Source: Mustelus asterias
Taxonomy: Eukaryota
NCBI RefSeq assembly: GCF_964213995.1
Contig: NC_135801.1
Coordinates: 38,564,001-38,628,000, forward strand
Length of the DNA: 64,000 nt
Direction: 5' to 3'
Shown here: one piece after another, positions 1 to 13,174 of the stretch
Numbering within the stretch: position 1 is the stretch's first letter
How the letters are laid out: each line of letters opens with the position of its first letter
Made by a program: the position numbers and the translations under genes
The notes under the pieces: model-generated
Database searches by the model: none
What the model was told of the DNA's origin: nothing
Seen by the model: the letters and a program-made list of their open reading frames with translations, nothing else

Positions 1-1706
1 TCTCAGTTCTCTTGAAACCTTGAATGGGGGACCACAAGCAGAGCTGATCTATACTTGAGCTTCACATGTTAAAACCAAGTGGCACAGACTGACCTGATCC
101 AAGCTGAGAGGTGGCACAAAGGGCAGTGAGCTTGGTGTGTGGGGCACTTCTCACAGGATAGTCCATTCCACATAAACATTTCTACAATATTCCCTGGCTC
201 TGATTTAATAAAGGAGAATATTCACAGGGTAATTGAAATTCAAGTGTGGGAGAGGCCATTCAACCCACTTGCCTGTGTTGGTGCTGGCACACTCTGCTGT
301 AACCACAGATTTTTCTACATTCCCCTTTTTCAAATAATTAACACCATCCCTTTTTAAATTGTATCTTGTGTCTATTTCTGGAACCATGTGATGAAGCATC
401 TCATTGTTTCATAGACCTCAGTTCAAAAATCATTCCTCCTTTTTGGTGGTTCCAGTGTGAATTCTCAGTCTTTATCCCTTGTTCCCCATTTTGCCATCAG
501 CAAAGATAATCTTCCTCTTCTCCTTATGCCCCTGACTCCACTTGCTCGCCTCTTTCTTTTGCTAATTATATCTTCTGCTAAACCCGTTATTTAGCAATTC
601 AGTAGAGTTGCTGTCTCTCCACCTGTGAAACATATTAGAACCATAGAACATTACAGCACAGAAACAGACCTTTTGGCCCTTCTTGGCTGTGCCGAACCAT
701 TTTTGTGCCTAGTTCCACTGACCTGCACCTGGACCATATCCCCCCACACCCCTCTCATCCATGTAACTGTCCAAGTTTTTCTTAAATGTTAAGAGTGAGC
801 CCGCATTCACCACCTCATCTGGCAGCTCATTCCAAACTCCCACCACTCTCTGTGTGAAGAAGCCCCCCCTAATATTCCCTTTAAACTTTTCCCCCTTCAC
901 CCTGAACCCATGTCCTCTAGTTATTTTCTTCCCTAGCCTCAGTGGAAAAAGCCTGCTTGCATTCACTCTATCTATACCCATCATAATTGTATACACCTCT
1001 ATCAAATCTCCCCTCATTCTTCTACGCTCCAGGGAATAAAGTTCTAACCTATTCAACCTTTCTCTGTAACTCAGTTTCTCAAGTCCTGGCAACATCCTTG
1101 TAAACCTTCTCTGCACTCTTTCAACCTTATTAATATCCTTCCTGTAAATAGGTGACCAAAACTGCACACAATACTCTAAATTCGGCCTCACCAATGTCTT
1201 ATACAACCTCACCATAACATTCCAACTTCTATACTCAATACTTTGATTTATAAAGGCCAATGTACCAAAAGCACTCTTTACGACCCTATCTACCTGTGAC
1301 GCCACTTTTAGGGAATTAGGTATCTGTATTCCCAAATCCCTCTGTTCTACTGCACTCTTCAGTGTCCTATCATTTACCTTGTATGCTCTACCTTGGTTTG
1401 TCCTTCCAAAGTGCAATACCTCACACTTGTCTGCATTGAACTCCATCTGCCATTTTTTAGCCCATTTTTCTAGCTGGTCCAAATCCCTCTGCAAGCTTTG
1501 AAAACCTTCCTCACTGTCCACTACACCTCCAATCTTTGTATCATCAGCAAACTTGCTGATCCAATTTACCACATTATCATTCAGATCATTGATATAGATG
1601 ACAAACAACAATGGACCCAGCACTGATCTCTGTGGCACACCACTAGTCACAGGCCTCCACTCAGAGAAGCAATCCTCCACTACCACTCTCTGGCTTCTTC
1701 CATTGA

Positions 1707-2404
1707 TGTGGAGATGCCGGCGTTGGACTGGGGTAAACACAAAGGTTAGGTGGATTAAAATGCCCATTAGTGTCCAGAGCCCAACATCACTGTCCCTCTT
1801 ATACCTCCCACCTCCCCGCTATCCAGACCGATTGCGGCCCCCTGCCCCCTCCCCCCCCCCCCCCCCCCCCCCACCGATCACCTGCAGAGTGGCAGCGGAC
1901 CCACACTGCCCCTGCCCCACCCACCAGAGAACGATCTGACCCACCACCCTCCTCCTCCCCCCACCAGAGGCTCTCATCTTCGGGTAAGCATTCTGCAAGG
2001 CGGCCTTCACGACAGCGCAGAGTCGCTGAGCAGAAACTGATAGCCAAGTTCCGCACACATGAGGACGGCCTAAACCGGGATGTTGGGTTTACGTCACACT
2101 ATCAGTAACCCCCACAGCTTGCCTCCTGGACTTGCTGGCTGTCCTGTCTGGAGACAATACACATTTCTTTAACCTGTGCTTAATGCTCCCTCCACTCACA
2201 TTGTCTGTATCTTTAAGACCTGGTTGGCTGTAGAGATTCGCATTCTAATCAGTGTTCTGTAACTTGATTTTGTGTCTCTGTGCCCTGTGTGAGAGCAGAT
2301 TTCCACTCCATCTGACGAAGGAGCAGCGCTCCGAAAGCTAATGGCATTTGCTACCAAATAAACCTGTTGGACTTTAACCTGGTGTTGTTAAAACTCTTGC
2401 TGTG
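1707..2404 (+). mobile_element. Penelope-like (PLE) truncated insertion with inverted terminus and captured filler
   Basis: 12-bp TSD TTCTTCCATTGA (1695-1706, 2405-2416). GIY-YIG C-terminal fragment (RRVAEQKLIAKFRTHEDGLNRD, stop at 2108), 3' region with hammerhead motif, inverted 3' terminus at 1707-1740. Confidence 0.85.
2308..2344 (+). ncRNA. Minimal type-I hammerhead ribozyme motif of the PLE
   Basis: ccat-CUGACGA-A-GGAGC(agc)GCUCC-GAAA-GC-UA-augg: catalytic core, stems I and II, and palindromic AGCU in place of stem III. Confidence 0.75.
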
Positions 2405-3557
2405 TTCTTCCATTGAGCCAATGTCTAATCCAATTTACTACCTCTCCATGTATACCTAGCGACTGAATCTCCCTGACTAACCTCCCATGCGGGAGGTTAG
2501 TCAGGAAGATGGCTTAATTTGAAAACTGAAAATGAGTAAGCAATTGGTTAACCGCCAGCATTCCACAACGAACATTTCATCCAACTGTAGATAATTGAGG
2601 TTAAAATAGGCTACCAAATCCCTGAGTTGTCGTTTTGTGATTATACCAGATGTCAAGAGACTTCTAAAGTCTGTTCAATTTCAGCGCTTCATTTCATAAT
2701 TAAAGTTTTTGTTGAAATGCCAGTTTTATATTCCAGGCTGACTTTTTTCCCCTTTTTTCCCCCCCCAAATCTGTTCCCTGTCCCTGAAATATCCTTGTTG
2801 GGATATAGTCTAAAAGGTGCCCTGAACTGACTCATCCAGATGGGCATTCCTTGAATGTGCGCTGAGACAGTGGGAACTAAATTGGATAGCCCCCAATAGC
2901 AGATATGGGAATGGTGATGCAGGATTAACCTGATGGCGATGCATGATTAACCTGTAGCTTAAACACAGGCAGCATGCCACTTCTGCTCTGCACATTAGCA
3001 TGAGTACTGCAAGCAGCCAGCACTAACCCAGTTGTTCACCGGCTGTGTATCGGGAGCCTAAAACCTTCATCACATTATATAAAGCAGCTCTGCATTGTGG
3101 CGGGGGACCGTGCTGAGTACACTTATGGACCCAATCATGATATCCCAGTTTCCATTATAGCGCTGTAGTTTTCACCAAATCTCTGACGTGCTGTACTGGA
3201 AGAAGAATCTGCGCTAAGCCAGCTTAATTTGCACAATGCAGGCTCAGACTGCAGCCATCATGCCTGCGCCTATCAGTGTTCAAAGGGGCTTGCAGAGTTC
3301 GCAGCAGTCCAGCAATCTATTCCCTCACAGACTCTCAGGATTGCTGAGGTGCTGCCCCAGTGCAGCGAGACTGTTGCCAGGGAGCACAGAACAGCTGTCC
3401 TCTCCTGGGATGACCGCTTTCATGCTCCAATCCTACCTGCTCCGCCAGTGCCCTCGGTAATGCCTTTTGGCCAGGCCAGACTGATGCTGATGACCACCAA
3501 CTCCAAAGCTCCTTCTCCACCAAGGTCATCTCTAGTCTGCTTCATTGAGAGTCAATA

Positions 3558-3775
3558 AGGGTCACAATGTCCCAAATGACCATAAGCTGCTTTCCCCTCC
3601 GAGGGAGAGGGCTGGCTGGTGATGATTTAGCCTGAGGATCATCACACCTCAGGAGAGGGGCAAGATTTAGAAGGTGGAACCTTCAAGGATAACCTCAGCT
3701 GGAATAGGAATTGAACCCACGTTGTTGGTGTTGCTCTGCATCACGAGCCAGCCGTCCAGCCAACTGAGCTAACCA
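3558..3775 (-). mobile_element. tRNA-derived SINE (family distinct from the V-SINEs)
   Basis: Minus-strand head GGTTAGCTCAGTTGGCTGG (A box) and GGTTCAATTCC (B box). Confidence 0.65.
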
Positions 3776-4691
3776 GAGAGTCAGTAACCTTCCTCCAGCC
3801 ATGCCGTGCCAATCACTCAGGTAGCATGTATAGGAGCAGTACGACAGGCAAAGACATGGAAGATGAGCACTAAGAAGCATTTTGTCTATAGAATAAGACA
3901 TTATTTTCTTCATTAATTTTGTTTGCAGTGTTTATTTATCTTTTATCTTTTAATTGTGGCCAAGAGGACGATGTATTGCTCAGTGACAGCGGAATGGTGT
4001 GCACGGGTCTGCTGGGGAAATGGGGGCTCTGGTTTCTCAGATTGCACTTGAATTGATTTATCGACAGCCTGGCAGAAGTTGGCACTTCTCCTCCTTATTC
4101 CTCTTTTCCCTTTACACCTCCAACATCACTGCCCCTCCCTCCCCCAAAACCTTCTGCCTGAGAGTCAATGGCAAGGACTGTCTCCTCCAGATGATGATGT
4201 TGTGCAGCAGACATCAGGCACCAGACCGCCAGAGATCTTCACATCTGCTCTGTTGAGTATTGCAGGACTCCTCGAGAGGAGTCCACATAGTGGAATCGTT
4301 ATTTTAACATGCCAGTGGTCTGCTCTCACGTTTCTTGTGAACAAGGCTCTCACTATATGCATGCTGTGTGTGTACGTGGGTTGTGAATTGGAGCTATATA
4401 ATCAGTGGTTAGCCCTGGTTGCCTGCTAGCCACCCACTGAGTGAGGGCATCGGCTGCTGGGTGGAGCCTCAAAATGCCATTGCTGGATTCAAAGCAGCAT
4501 TGCCAAGATCTGCCTGCTGTCCAACAGATGTTAGTTACGCCTGTGCCAACACCCTCAAAATAGGAAGTCTGTGTGATGCCTGTAGAAATATGGGCACATT
4601 CAACCAACAAGCAATGGGTGCTGCAGAGCTCAACTTTTCACCCAAGGTCTCTGGTCTAATTGCTCCCAGGAAATGTCAGTAATGCCCAACT

Positions 4692-4995
4692 GTGGTGCCA
4701 CAGTGGTTAGCATTGCTGCCTCACAGCGCCAGGGACCCGGGTTCGATTCCCAGCTTGGGTCACTGTCTGTGTAGAGTCTACACATTCTCCCCGTGTCTGC
4801 GTGGGTTTCCTCCGGGTGCACCAGGTTTCTCCCACAATCTGAAATACGTGCTGATTGGGTGCATTGGCCGCATTAAATCTTCCCTCAGTGTACCCAAACA
4901 GGCGCCGGAGTGTGGCGAGTGGGGGATTTGCGCAGTAACTTTGTTGCAGTGTTAATGTAAGCCTACTTGTGACATACATAAATAAATAAATTAAT
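4692..4995 (+). mobile_element. V-SINE (HE1-like), tail type B
   Basis: tRNA head (CAGTGGTTAGC..GGTTCGATTCC), V-domain GTGTCTGCGTGGGTTTCCTCCGGGTG, tail ending GCCTACTTGTGAC..(AATA)n. Confidence 0.9.
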
Positions 4996-6339
4996 TAAAA
5001 CATCCCCCCGGTCCAGCAATGGTCAGTTGGGAATTTCAGCTGATTTTTTTTTCCTCTCCCGATTAACCTAGGGGAGCAAAGGTCAATTTTAGCAGTATAC
5101 TGAGGTCAGTTAACTCGGGACGGATTGGGGATTGAACCTGGAACTGTCCTGTTCTGTAATACACTCCTTCCACTGCTTCAGCAAGTTGAGTCATTGAGAG
5201 AACTTTGACCTTGTTAGGACAGTATTCAATAATTTATTGAATCTCTATCCAGTTTACTTTAGCAACAGAACTGTCTGTGTGATGTGGTTATAGCAGAAAT
5301 GAGGAAGATAGTGGACTAATTGAGCAGCATGTCTTCTCAGACTGATCGGAGTTGTAGCTGGACTAAACTTATTACTGAGATGTTTTCACTTGGTGTTGCA
5401 ACAAGAGATAATGTAGCCCTAAAGACTTAGTTTATTAATATGATGTGAACATAAATGTTTTGTGTAGATTAAGAGGAAAGATATCCCATTACAGACTTAA
5501 TGAAACCCCTGCTGTACATGTACCAATTTCCATTAATCTTTTAGTCATCAAGCAGTTGCCTGGAAATTTGCCTGCAGTGTTTTGAGGAGAATTAACAGAA
5601 TTCCTATTGTTGCTTTAGTTCAGCTTTCACATCAATGCAGTCCATGTGCCAGGAAAGAAGTAACTGAGCCCAGAACGTTGGAGCTGAATCACCAAAGTTG
5701 TAACTGTTAATCACTCACTCCTTTAGTCAGAGCTAGAATTGTGGGCAGGATTCTCCAATCTTGTTTACCTCACCACCGCTACCAGCGAGAGTGATGAATT
5801 TAATGCCCAGCCTAAACTCCATTCACTGCAGTGACACCGCAGAATCCCAGCCACGGGCGAGGTCGGAGGATTCTGGTGTAAGGGACATAATGCAAGAAAG
5901 ACATTCATCAGAAAACTATTTCACAACAACATTTATCCAGCACTCTTATTATAAAAATCCCAATAATGTGTCACAGGAATGCTGTCAAATAGAAACTGGA
6001 ACCAAGCCAAAAAGGAGATATTCGAACGGTTGAATAAAACTTTATTTGAAGAGATTTTAAGGAGAAACTTGGGTAGAGCGAGAACTGTTGGTATAGGAAC
6101 AACAGGATTAGCAGGTCATAATGCCTGTTTAATGCCTCATCCAAAAGATAGCTGTGAGAATTCTAACCTGTGGATAGGAAAGCTGCCTGGTAGGGTGGCC
6201 ACAGCACCAGAGGGCCAGTCACTATTAACAGGTAATTTACCCCCTTCATTTTAGCAGCTACTCTGCAGGACTGTGGATGTTTGTAGCTGCAAGAATAGTT
6301 TCTTGGTTTGTGCTTTATATCAGGGCAACAGGATTAGGC

Positions 6340-7200
6340 CATTTAGCCAATAAAGTCTGTTGATTTTTATCTTAACTCTATTTACTCCCCTCGATGCCCT
6401 TACCTGACACAAGTCGTCGATCTGAGTTTGAAAGTTTCAGTTGACCTTGCCTCAGCAGCGTTTTGAGAGAGAGATTTCCACTATTCTTGGTGTGTAGATG
6501 TGCAATGGCCGAGCTCTAATTTTAATGTTTTGCTACCTTGCTCTAGACTCACCATTGAAGGAAATAGTTTTGTTCTTAAATATCTTATCAACTTCTTTAT
6601 TCATCTTAACCCCTGAATTCAAGCACCTCAAACTTCTATATTAAATGGAATACAAGCATTGGCTATGTAACGTATCCAAATAACTCAACCCTTTTGCCTC
6701 GGATATAGTTTTGGTGAAATTGTGCTATTCCATGGCCATGCTGAGGTGAAGTTCCCAAAATGGAATGCAGTACTCCAGATGGATTCTAACCCAGAGCATT
6801 ATACTCCTTTGTATTTCAGCCCTTATGAGATAAATACACTTTATTAACCTTTGTACCCGTCCACCTGCTTTTGGTGATTTCTGTGCTTGAACCCCCAAAT
6901 CTCACTGTTAGTCCACAGTTCCTACCATTAGAAAATACTTGGATCTATGCTCTCTAAGTCCAAAGTGGATAATCTCACTCTTTCTCACGTGGAACTCCAT
7001 CTGCCACAAGCTTTGCCCACTCGCCTAATCTATCAATGCCGCTTTGCACCCTTTTACCTCCACCTACACACCTACCATGCCTGTCTCTATTCCTTTACAT
7101 GCAAGTCATTCAGAAACACTGAAATGAAAAGCCCCAGTAACATATGTGGGACATCATTATTTACATCCAGTCAATTTGAGCCCATTACCATACAAGTGAC
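6340..7200 (-). mobile_element. Old CR1 LINE fragments
   Basis: Degenerate LEYCIPFW and WQMEFH-like motifs on the minus strand; boundaries approximate. Confidence 0.6.
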
Positions 7201-7639
7201 ATTTGCAGACAGTCCCTTATTTACTACATTAGTTATTTATTGGAAAGTTCACATCCTTTAATGCAGAATGCCAATAACAAAAGACCAACAGCCATTTTCA
7301 GCCAATATATGGTCAACTAGATCAGTGTCTTGATTACTTTTTAAAAATACATTCATGAGATATGGGTGTCACAGGCTAGGCCGGCACATATTGCCCATCC
7401 TTGTCAATTCTTGCCTTTTATATAGTGACTTTTGCAACCACAGGACTTCCCAAAGTACTTCACAACCGATGACATTTTTGAAGTTGTTGTAATGTAGGAG
7501 GCATGACAGCAAGGCCTCACAAGCAGTAGTGACAATGATGAAATGGTGTGTTTACTGGAGACCTCTTCTGCAGTTTTTCTAATAGAATCAGTGGGGTTCT
7601 TTTGCACCCACGGCAGAAGGAACTTATTTAACATGGTTT

Positions 7640-8775
7640 TGTAAAAGGGAAATCATATTTGACTAATTTATTAAGAATCTTTTAAGGACATAATGAGTAA
7701 GGTGGATAAAGGTAGAAAAAGGAATCCAAATGTCATTTTAAGGCTTATTAACAGTAGAAAGATTGCCAGAGGAGCGCTTTAGTTGATTTAAGGATTAAAA
7801 TGGAGATCTGTTGGCCTTGTCTCCTGCCTACAATAAGATATTCTGACTTTGCACTGATATTTATGCAGAATGAAGAATTTATCACTGGCAGATGTGGTGT
7901 ACTTGAATTTACAAAAGGTGTTTGATAAGGTGCCCCGTCAAAGATTACCGCACACAATAAGAGCTCATGGTGTAGGGAGTAACATGTTATGATGGATTGA
8001 GGATTGGTTAGCTAACAGGAAAGAGAGTAGGAATAAATGGGTCAGTTTTGAGTTGGAGGGCTGTAACTAGTGGGCTGCCACAAGGATCAGTGCTGGGTCC
8101 TCGACTACAATCTATACCAATGACTTGGATGAAGGAACTGAATTTATGGTTGCTAAATTTGCTGATGACACAAAAATAGGTAGGAAAGAAAGTGGGGAGG
8201 AGAAATAAAAGGTGTCCAAAAGAATTTAGATGGGTTATGCGAGTGGGCAAATAATTGGCAGATGGAGTATAATATGGGAAAATGTGAACTTGTCCATTTG
8301 GCAGGAAGAATAAAAAAAGTAGCAAATTATTTAAATAGTGTTTTCAAAACTCTGTGGTACGGAGGGATCCAGGAAATTAGAATCAAAAACTGGCAGGCAG
8401 AAATATATTGGAACAGTGGGTGACTTTTAAACATGAGGTGGTTCGTTTACAGTCCAAGTACACTGGCTAAAGGCAAAGCTCCCTCGGTGACAATGGAGTT
8501 GTGGAGTAGAATGAAACAGAAAAAAAGTGAATGATATTTGTCAGCTTGATAATACGAGGAAGAATCTGGTTGAATGTAGAAAATACAGAGAACAAAAGGG
8601 AAGTGAGAATAGATTAGTGACTAATAGAAAAAGGAATCCAAATGTCATCTTTAGGCTTATTAACAGTAAAAGGATTGCCAGAGGAATGCTGGTGTTGATT
8701 TATGGATTAAAATGGAGATTTATTGGTGTAGGCAAGAGACATGGCTAGGATACTCTGACTTTGCATTGGTATCCA
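7640..8775 (+). mobile_element. Old CR1 LINE fragments (two adjacent pieces)
   Basis: GLPQGSVLG, KFADDTKIG and WQMEYNMGKC motifs, followed by a degenerate EN-RT linker piece. Confidence 0.7.
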
Positions 8776-8898
8776 TGATGTGGAGATGCCGGCGTTGACT
8801 AGGATGGGCACAGTAAGAAGTCTCTCAACACCAGGTTAAAGTTCAACGGGTTACTTTTGGAATCACGAGCTTTCAGAGCGCTGCTCCTTCATCAGGTG
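8776..8898 (-). mobile_element. PLE 3'-terminal fragment with hammerhead motif
   Basis: TGATGTGGAGATGCCGGCGTTG terminus; minus strand reads cac-CUGAUGA-AGGAGCAGCGCUCU-GAAA-GCUC-gug. Confidence 0.85.
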
Positions 8899-9794
8899 TT
8901 CATCCAGGAAGAGGACTTTATCCCAGCAACTTTGCTTACCTTTGCTTTGCTAATGTAATGTAAAAATCGATAGAAGAGCTGCTGGAGAGGCTGGTGGTTC
9001 TTAAAAGCGGAAAAGTCCCCTGGTTCGTGTATTCTGGGAGTGGAACTAAGTGGATTGTTCTTCAGAAGAGCCGGCACAGACTTACTAAACCAAATGGTGA
9101 TTCTATGCTGCAGAAAGGATATTAAAGAACAGAAGTTGCAGTGCAGGTTCAACTGGTATGCTGTCAGGTATGAACACGCAGGATGGGAGCAGGAATAGAC
9201 TAAAGCCCGTCACACTGGTGAGTTTGTAGACAGGGGGTTTGTAAAAACTAGTGCGTGGCCTACCTATTGCCTACCCACCAATTAATGGCCACTTAGGTAC
9301 CTCATCCTGCCTCGGCACTATATTACCCATGACAAGTTAGTAGCCCGGCAGCTTTAGCTGCGCAGGATGGTTTTGGAAAAGGAGGGGAGAGGTAAATACT
9401 CCCTCAGGGATTCCCTGTGACAATTGGAGGCCCTCCCACTAAGTTCATTCTCCCCTTTAACCCTCTCTTCCACCTCAGCCTTTCAAAATTGGCCCTCCCA
9501 TGAAACCCCCTCAACCTACCCTGCCTCACTGGGTCCTGCCAGCAGAGCCTGGCCAATACCCCGTACTTAGCCCAGATTCCATTAGCTGCTCTTTCAGGGA
9601 TTGTCTGTAGTCTCAGCTGTGGCTGCCGCTCGAACCTGGCAGTGCTGGGACTACAAAATTGCCGAGTATCCAACTGGCCGGCAGTTACCCCAATGGGGGG
9701 TAGAAATCTCAGCCAATTAAAACCCAGCTGATGTTAAATGGCTGTTGGGCAGCTGGAATTGGTGAGGACGTGTTCCCTGCCAACTGTAAAGGTG

Positions 9795-9895
9795 GGGTAA
9801 GAAGTCTCACAACACCAGGTTAAAGTCCAACAGGTTTATTTGGTAGCAAATACCACAAGCTTTCGGAGCGCTGCCCCTTCGTCAGATGGAGTGGT
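9795..9895 (-). mobile_element. PLE 3'-terminal fragment with hammerhead motif
   Basis: Minus strand reads ccau-CUGACGA-AGGGGCAGCGCUCC-GAAA-GCUU-gugg; AACTGTAAAGGTG duplicated at 9782 and 9924. Confidence 0.85.
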
Positions 9896-10547
9896 TATCT
9901 GTAAAGTCTCAGCTGTAAAGGTAAACTGTAAAGGTGACAGGGTGTGAAATCCTATCTGAATATCATTGCCTAGTTATCCTAGGTATGGGAATCTGTAAAT
10001 GTGAAGGAATACATGAACATAGAAGCAGTTTCTGTTAGAATTGAGGGGATTAAAATGTGATTTGATGAGAGTTGTATTAAATTTATGAAGCAGTGGAACT
10101 GAATAGATGGAGAGAGACTGTTTCCAGTTATTGAGAGATCTGGACATAGGGGTGTAGATGTAAAACTAGGAGAATTGGAGAAACAGTTTTTATATAGAGG
10201 GTTGAAGCTGGGGAATACATGCCTGGAGTTAGTGATTGCAGCAGAGACCATGGCAACATTTAAACAAAGGAGAGATTTAAAGAAAGGGAAATAGACATGG
10301 GGAATGGAATGAATACTGTGGATTCAGCCTAATGTTCATCTGGAGGATAAACTCCAATATGGGCTGCAAGTTCAGTTTCTGTTTTATAATTTCCATATAA
10401 CTTATTTAGCTGTTTTATAGACTATGCTTTACATTTGGTGGAGTGCATTCTTATTCACCGAAACTCTGTATAGCAAACCGGTTCCACTGAGGTGAGGAAC
10501 TGTTCAACTTAAATTGCTCCGTGAGGAGGAAAGGTGGGAGAAGGTTG

Positions 10548-12185
10548 GCCTGTAAAATCGCCGGCTCCAATGCACCCCTCCCTGATGAGCTCAATGCATT
10601 CTACACCCGTTTTGAGCAAGAGGTCAGCGAGAGCTTGCCCTCCATCCTGGAAGCCCTGAATGAACCTGTATCTGAGGTCACCATTGCAGATGTCAGAGCA
10701 GATTTCTCGAAGGTCAACCCACGGAAAGCGACTGGCCCTGATGTGGTATCCTGCGTGGATCAGCTTGCGGGGGTATTCGCAGACATCTTCAACCTCTCTT
10801 TTCAACAATCTGAGGTCCCTATCTGCTTTAAGAAGACGGCCATCATCAGCCGGTGACTCTGACATCCATCATTATTGAAGTGCTTCAAAAGGTTAGTCAT
10901 GGCACGAATCAATTCCAGCCTCCCGGACTACCTGGATCCACTACAGTTTGCCAACCACTGCAACCGGTCCACAACAGACAGCACCTCCCTGGCCCTGCAC
11001 TCAACCCTGGATCACCTAGATAACAAGGACACCCATGTCAGACTCCTATTTATTGATTACAGCTCAGCCTTCAACACCATTATTCCCATGAAACTCACTC
11101 CCAAACTCTGTAGCCTGGGCCTCGGCACCTCCCTCTGCGACTGGATCCTGAACTTCCCAACTCACAGACCACAATCAGGATAGGCAACAACACCTCCTCC
11201 ACGATCATCCTCAACACCGGTGCCCCACAAGGCTGTGTTCTTTAGCCCCCTACTATACTCCTTATACACCTATGACTGTGTGGCCAAATTCCCCTCCAAT
11301 TCGATTTTCAAGTTTGCTGACGACACCGCCGTAGTGGGTCAGATCTCAAACAATGACGAGACAGAGTACAGGAATGAGATAGAGAATCTGGTGAACTGGT
11401 GCGGCAACAATAATCTCTCCCTCAATGTCAACAAAACGAAGGAGATGGTCATCGACTTCAGGAAGCGTAAAGGAGAACATGTCCATGTCTACATCAAAGG
11501 GGCAAAATAGAAAGGGTTGAGAGCTTCAAGTTTTTAGGTGTCCAGATCACCAACAACCTGTCCTGGTCCTCCCATGCCGACACTATCGTTACGAAAGCCC
11601 ACCAACTTTCTCGGAACACGAAGGAAATTTGATGAGACTTTGTAGAAATGGAATTGTTATTTTTAATTTGAGTGAGTTACTACTCTCACCAACTTTTACA
11701 GACGCACCATAGAAAGAAAGCATTCTTTCTGGTTGTATCACAGCTTGGTATGGCTCCTGCTCTACCCAAAACTGCAAGAAACTACAAAAGGTCGTGAATG
11801 TAGCCCAATCCCATCACGCAAACCAGCCTCCCAGCCATTGACTCTGTCTACACTTCGCGCTGCCTCGGCATAGCAGCCAGCATAATTAAGAACCCCACGC
11901 ACCCCGGACATTCTCTCTTCCACCTTCTTCTGTCGGGAAAAAGTTACAAAAGTCTGAAGTCAACTGACCGACTCAAGAACAGCTTTTTCCCTGCTGCCAT
12001 CAGATTTTTGAATAGACCTACCTCGCACTAAGTTGATCTTTCTCTACACCCTAGCTATGACTGTGAGACACTACATTCTGCACTCTCCTTTCCATCTCAA
12101 TGAACGGTATGCTTTGTCTGTATACCACACAAGAAACAATACTTTTCACTGTATACTAATACATGTGACAATAAATCAAATCAAA
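10548..12185 (+). mobile_element. Rex1/Babar-clade LINE, 5'-truncated, frameshifted RT
   Basis: [49 protein letters not shown]; tail TGTGACAATAAATCAAATCAAA. Confidence 0.9.
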
Positions 12186-13174
12186 AGAAATGCCTTCGTG
12201 GCAGTATGGAGCACTTCACCAAAGGGACCCCATTCTCTGCTTGAACAGAGAACATTGCACCTTTGAAGGGAAAATTAAATATTTGATGTAGATGATGATG
12301 AGCTGGGGAATATTGGAATGGTGCAATTAGTTTCCGATTGCTGCAGGAAAAATCCAGATGTGATGGACTAAATTACCTAATTCTGTGCAGTAAACTTTTA
12401 CAAGTCTGCAGGCCACAAAGTTTTAATTTGCAGGTTCAGAAAGTTGTGCAAACATAGAATGAGATTTCAGAAGGATACGTTCATCTCCACATGTATGTTA
12501 ACCATATTAAAAGACCCAAACATATCCAAGTATATCTATGTTACAAAGTGAGTACCCTCCAAATGTGCTTCATTGGTTATAAAGCATTTTGAGATGTCTG
12601 GTGGTTATTGGAAGTGTTATATAAATACAAATCTTCAAATTGCTACAAAGTTGGATGTGTAAATAAGTGCTCTTATTTCTTCCCCTTTCTTTGATCAACA
12701 TTCTTTTTGAATAACACTGTGAATCCTCTGTCGAATCTGGATTAGGAAGAATGACAAGCCCTTGACTTGAGCTGTTAACCATGAACTTGGATCTTGGTTT
12801 GAATTTAAAATATTCATCTTTTTAACATTTAATCCTTCCGAAACTGAGAATCTCAAGCAAGTCATTTTCTTTATCACTGTTACAGAAACGGAATGAGTTT
12901 CCTGTGAAATGTATAATATAAAAGGATGTAAAGCAAATCTCATTTCATATTTTGATTTGAAAATCTGCTGCTTACCAGCTTCGAACTGATCTGATATGGA
13001 AATGTCAGCTTGGTGGAGAAAGTCTCTGTGTAGCTTTGAAAAGTCAGTTACTGCTGTGCATGTGGGTTGAAGCATACTGAGGTGACACTATACACAGTGA
13101 TATGTAGTTCTGTGGTTGAAGGATTATACGCAAGTGCTCCTGAATAATCTTGGTGAAAAATTGAATTTTTGTTA

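Larger units (their letters stand above)
632..2493 (-). mobile_element. CR1-clade LINE, 5'-truncated, young (RT C-terminal half plus 3' tail), split by a Penelope-derived insertion
   Basis: Open frame 709-1706 contains SGVPQRSVLGPLLFVIYINDL, SKFADDTKIGG and LEYCVQFWSP. The frame resumes at 2417-2493 (PHGRLVREIQSLGIHGEVVNWIRHWL). TTCTATGGTTCTA tail near 635. Confidence 0.95.

Noticed and set aside
709-1767. 352-aa ORF as a functional RT gene
   Set aside because: Its start and first ~20 codons come from the inserted PLE terminus and filler; the rest is a 5'-truncated CR1 lacking the N-terminal RT motifs.
5468-5525. Missing upstream annexin exon (LMKP-like string)
   Set aside because: No DLKSEL/YDA motifs and no 114-nt AG-GT exon; I found no upstream exon in 1-14938, so it probably lies before the window.
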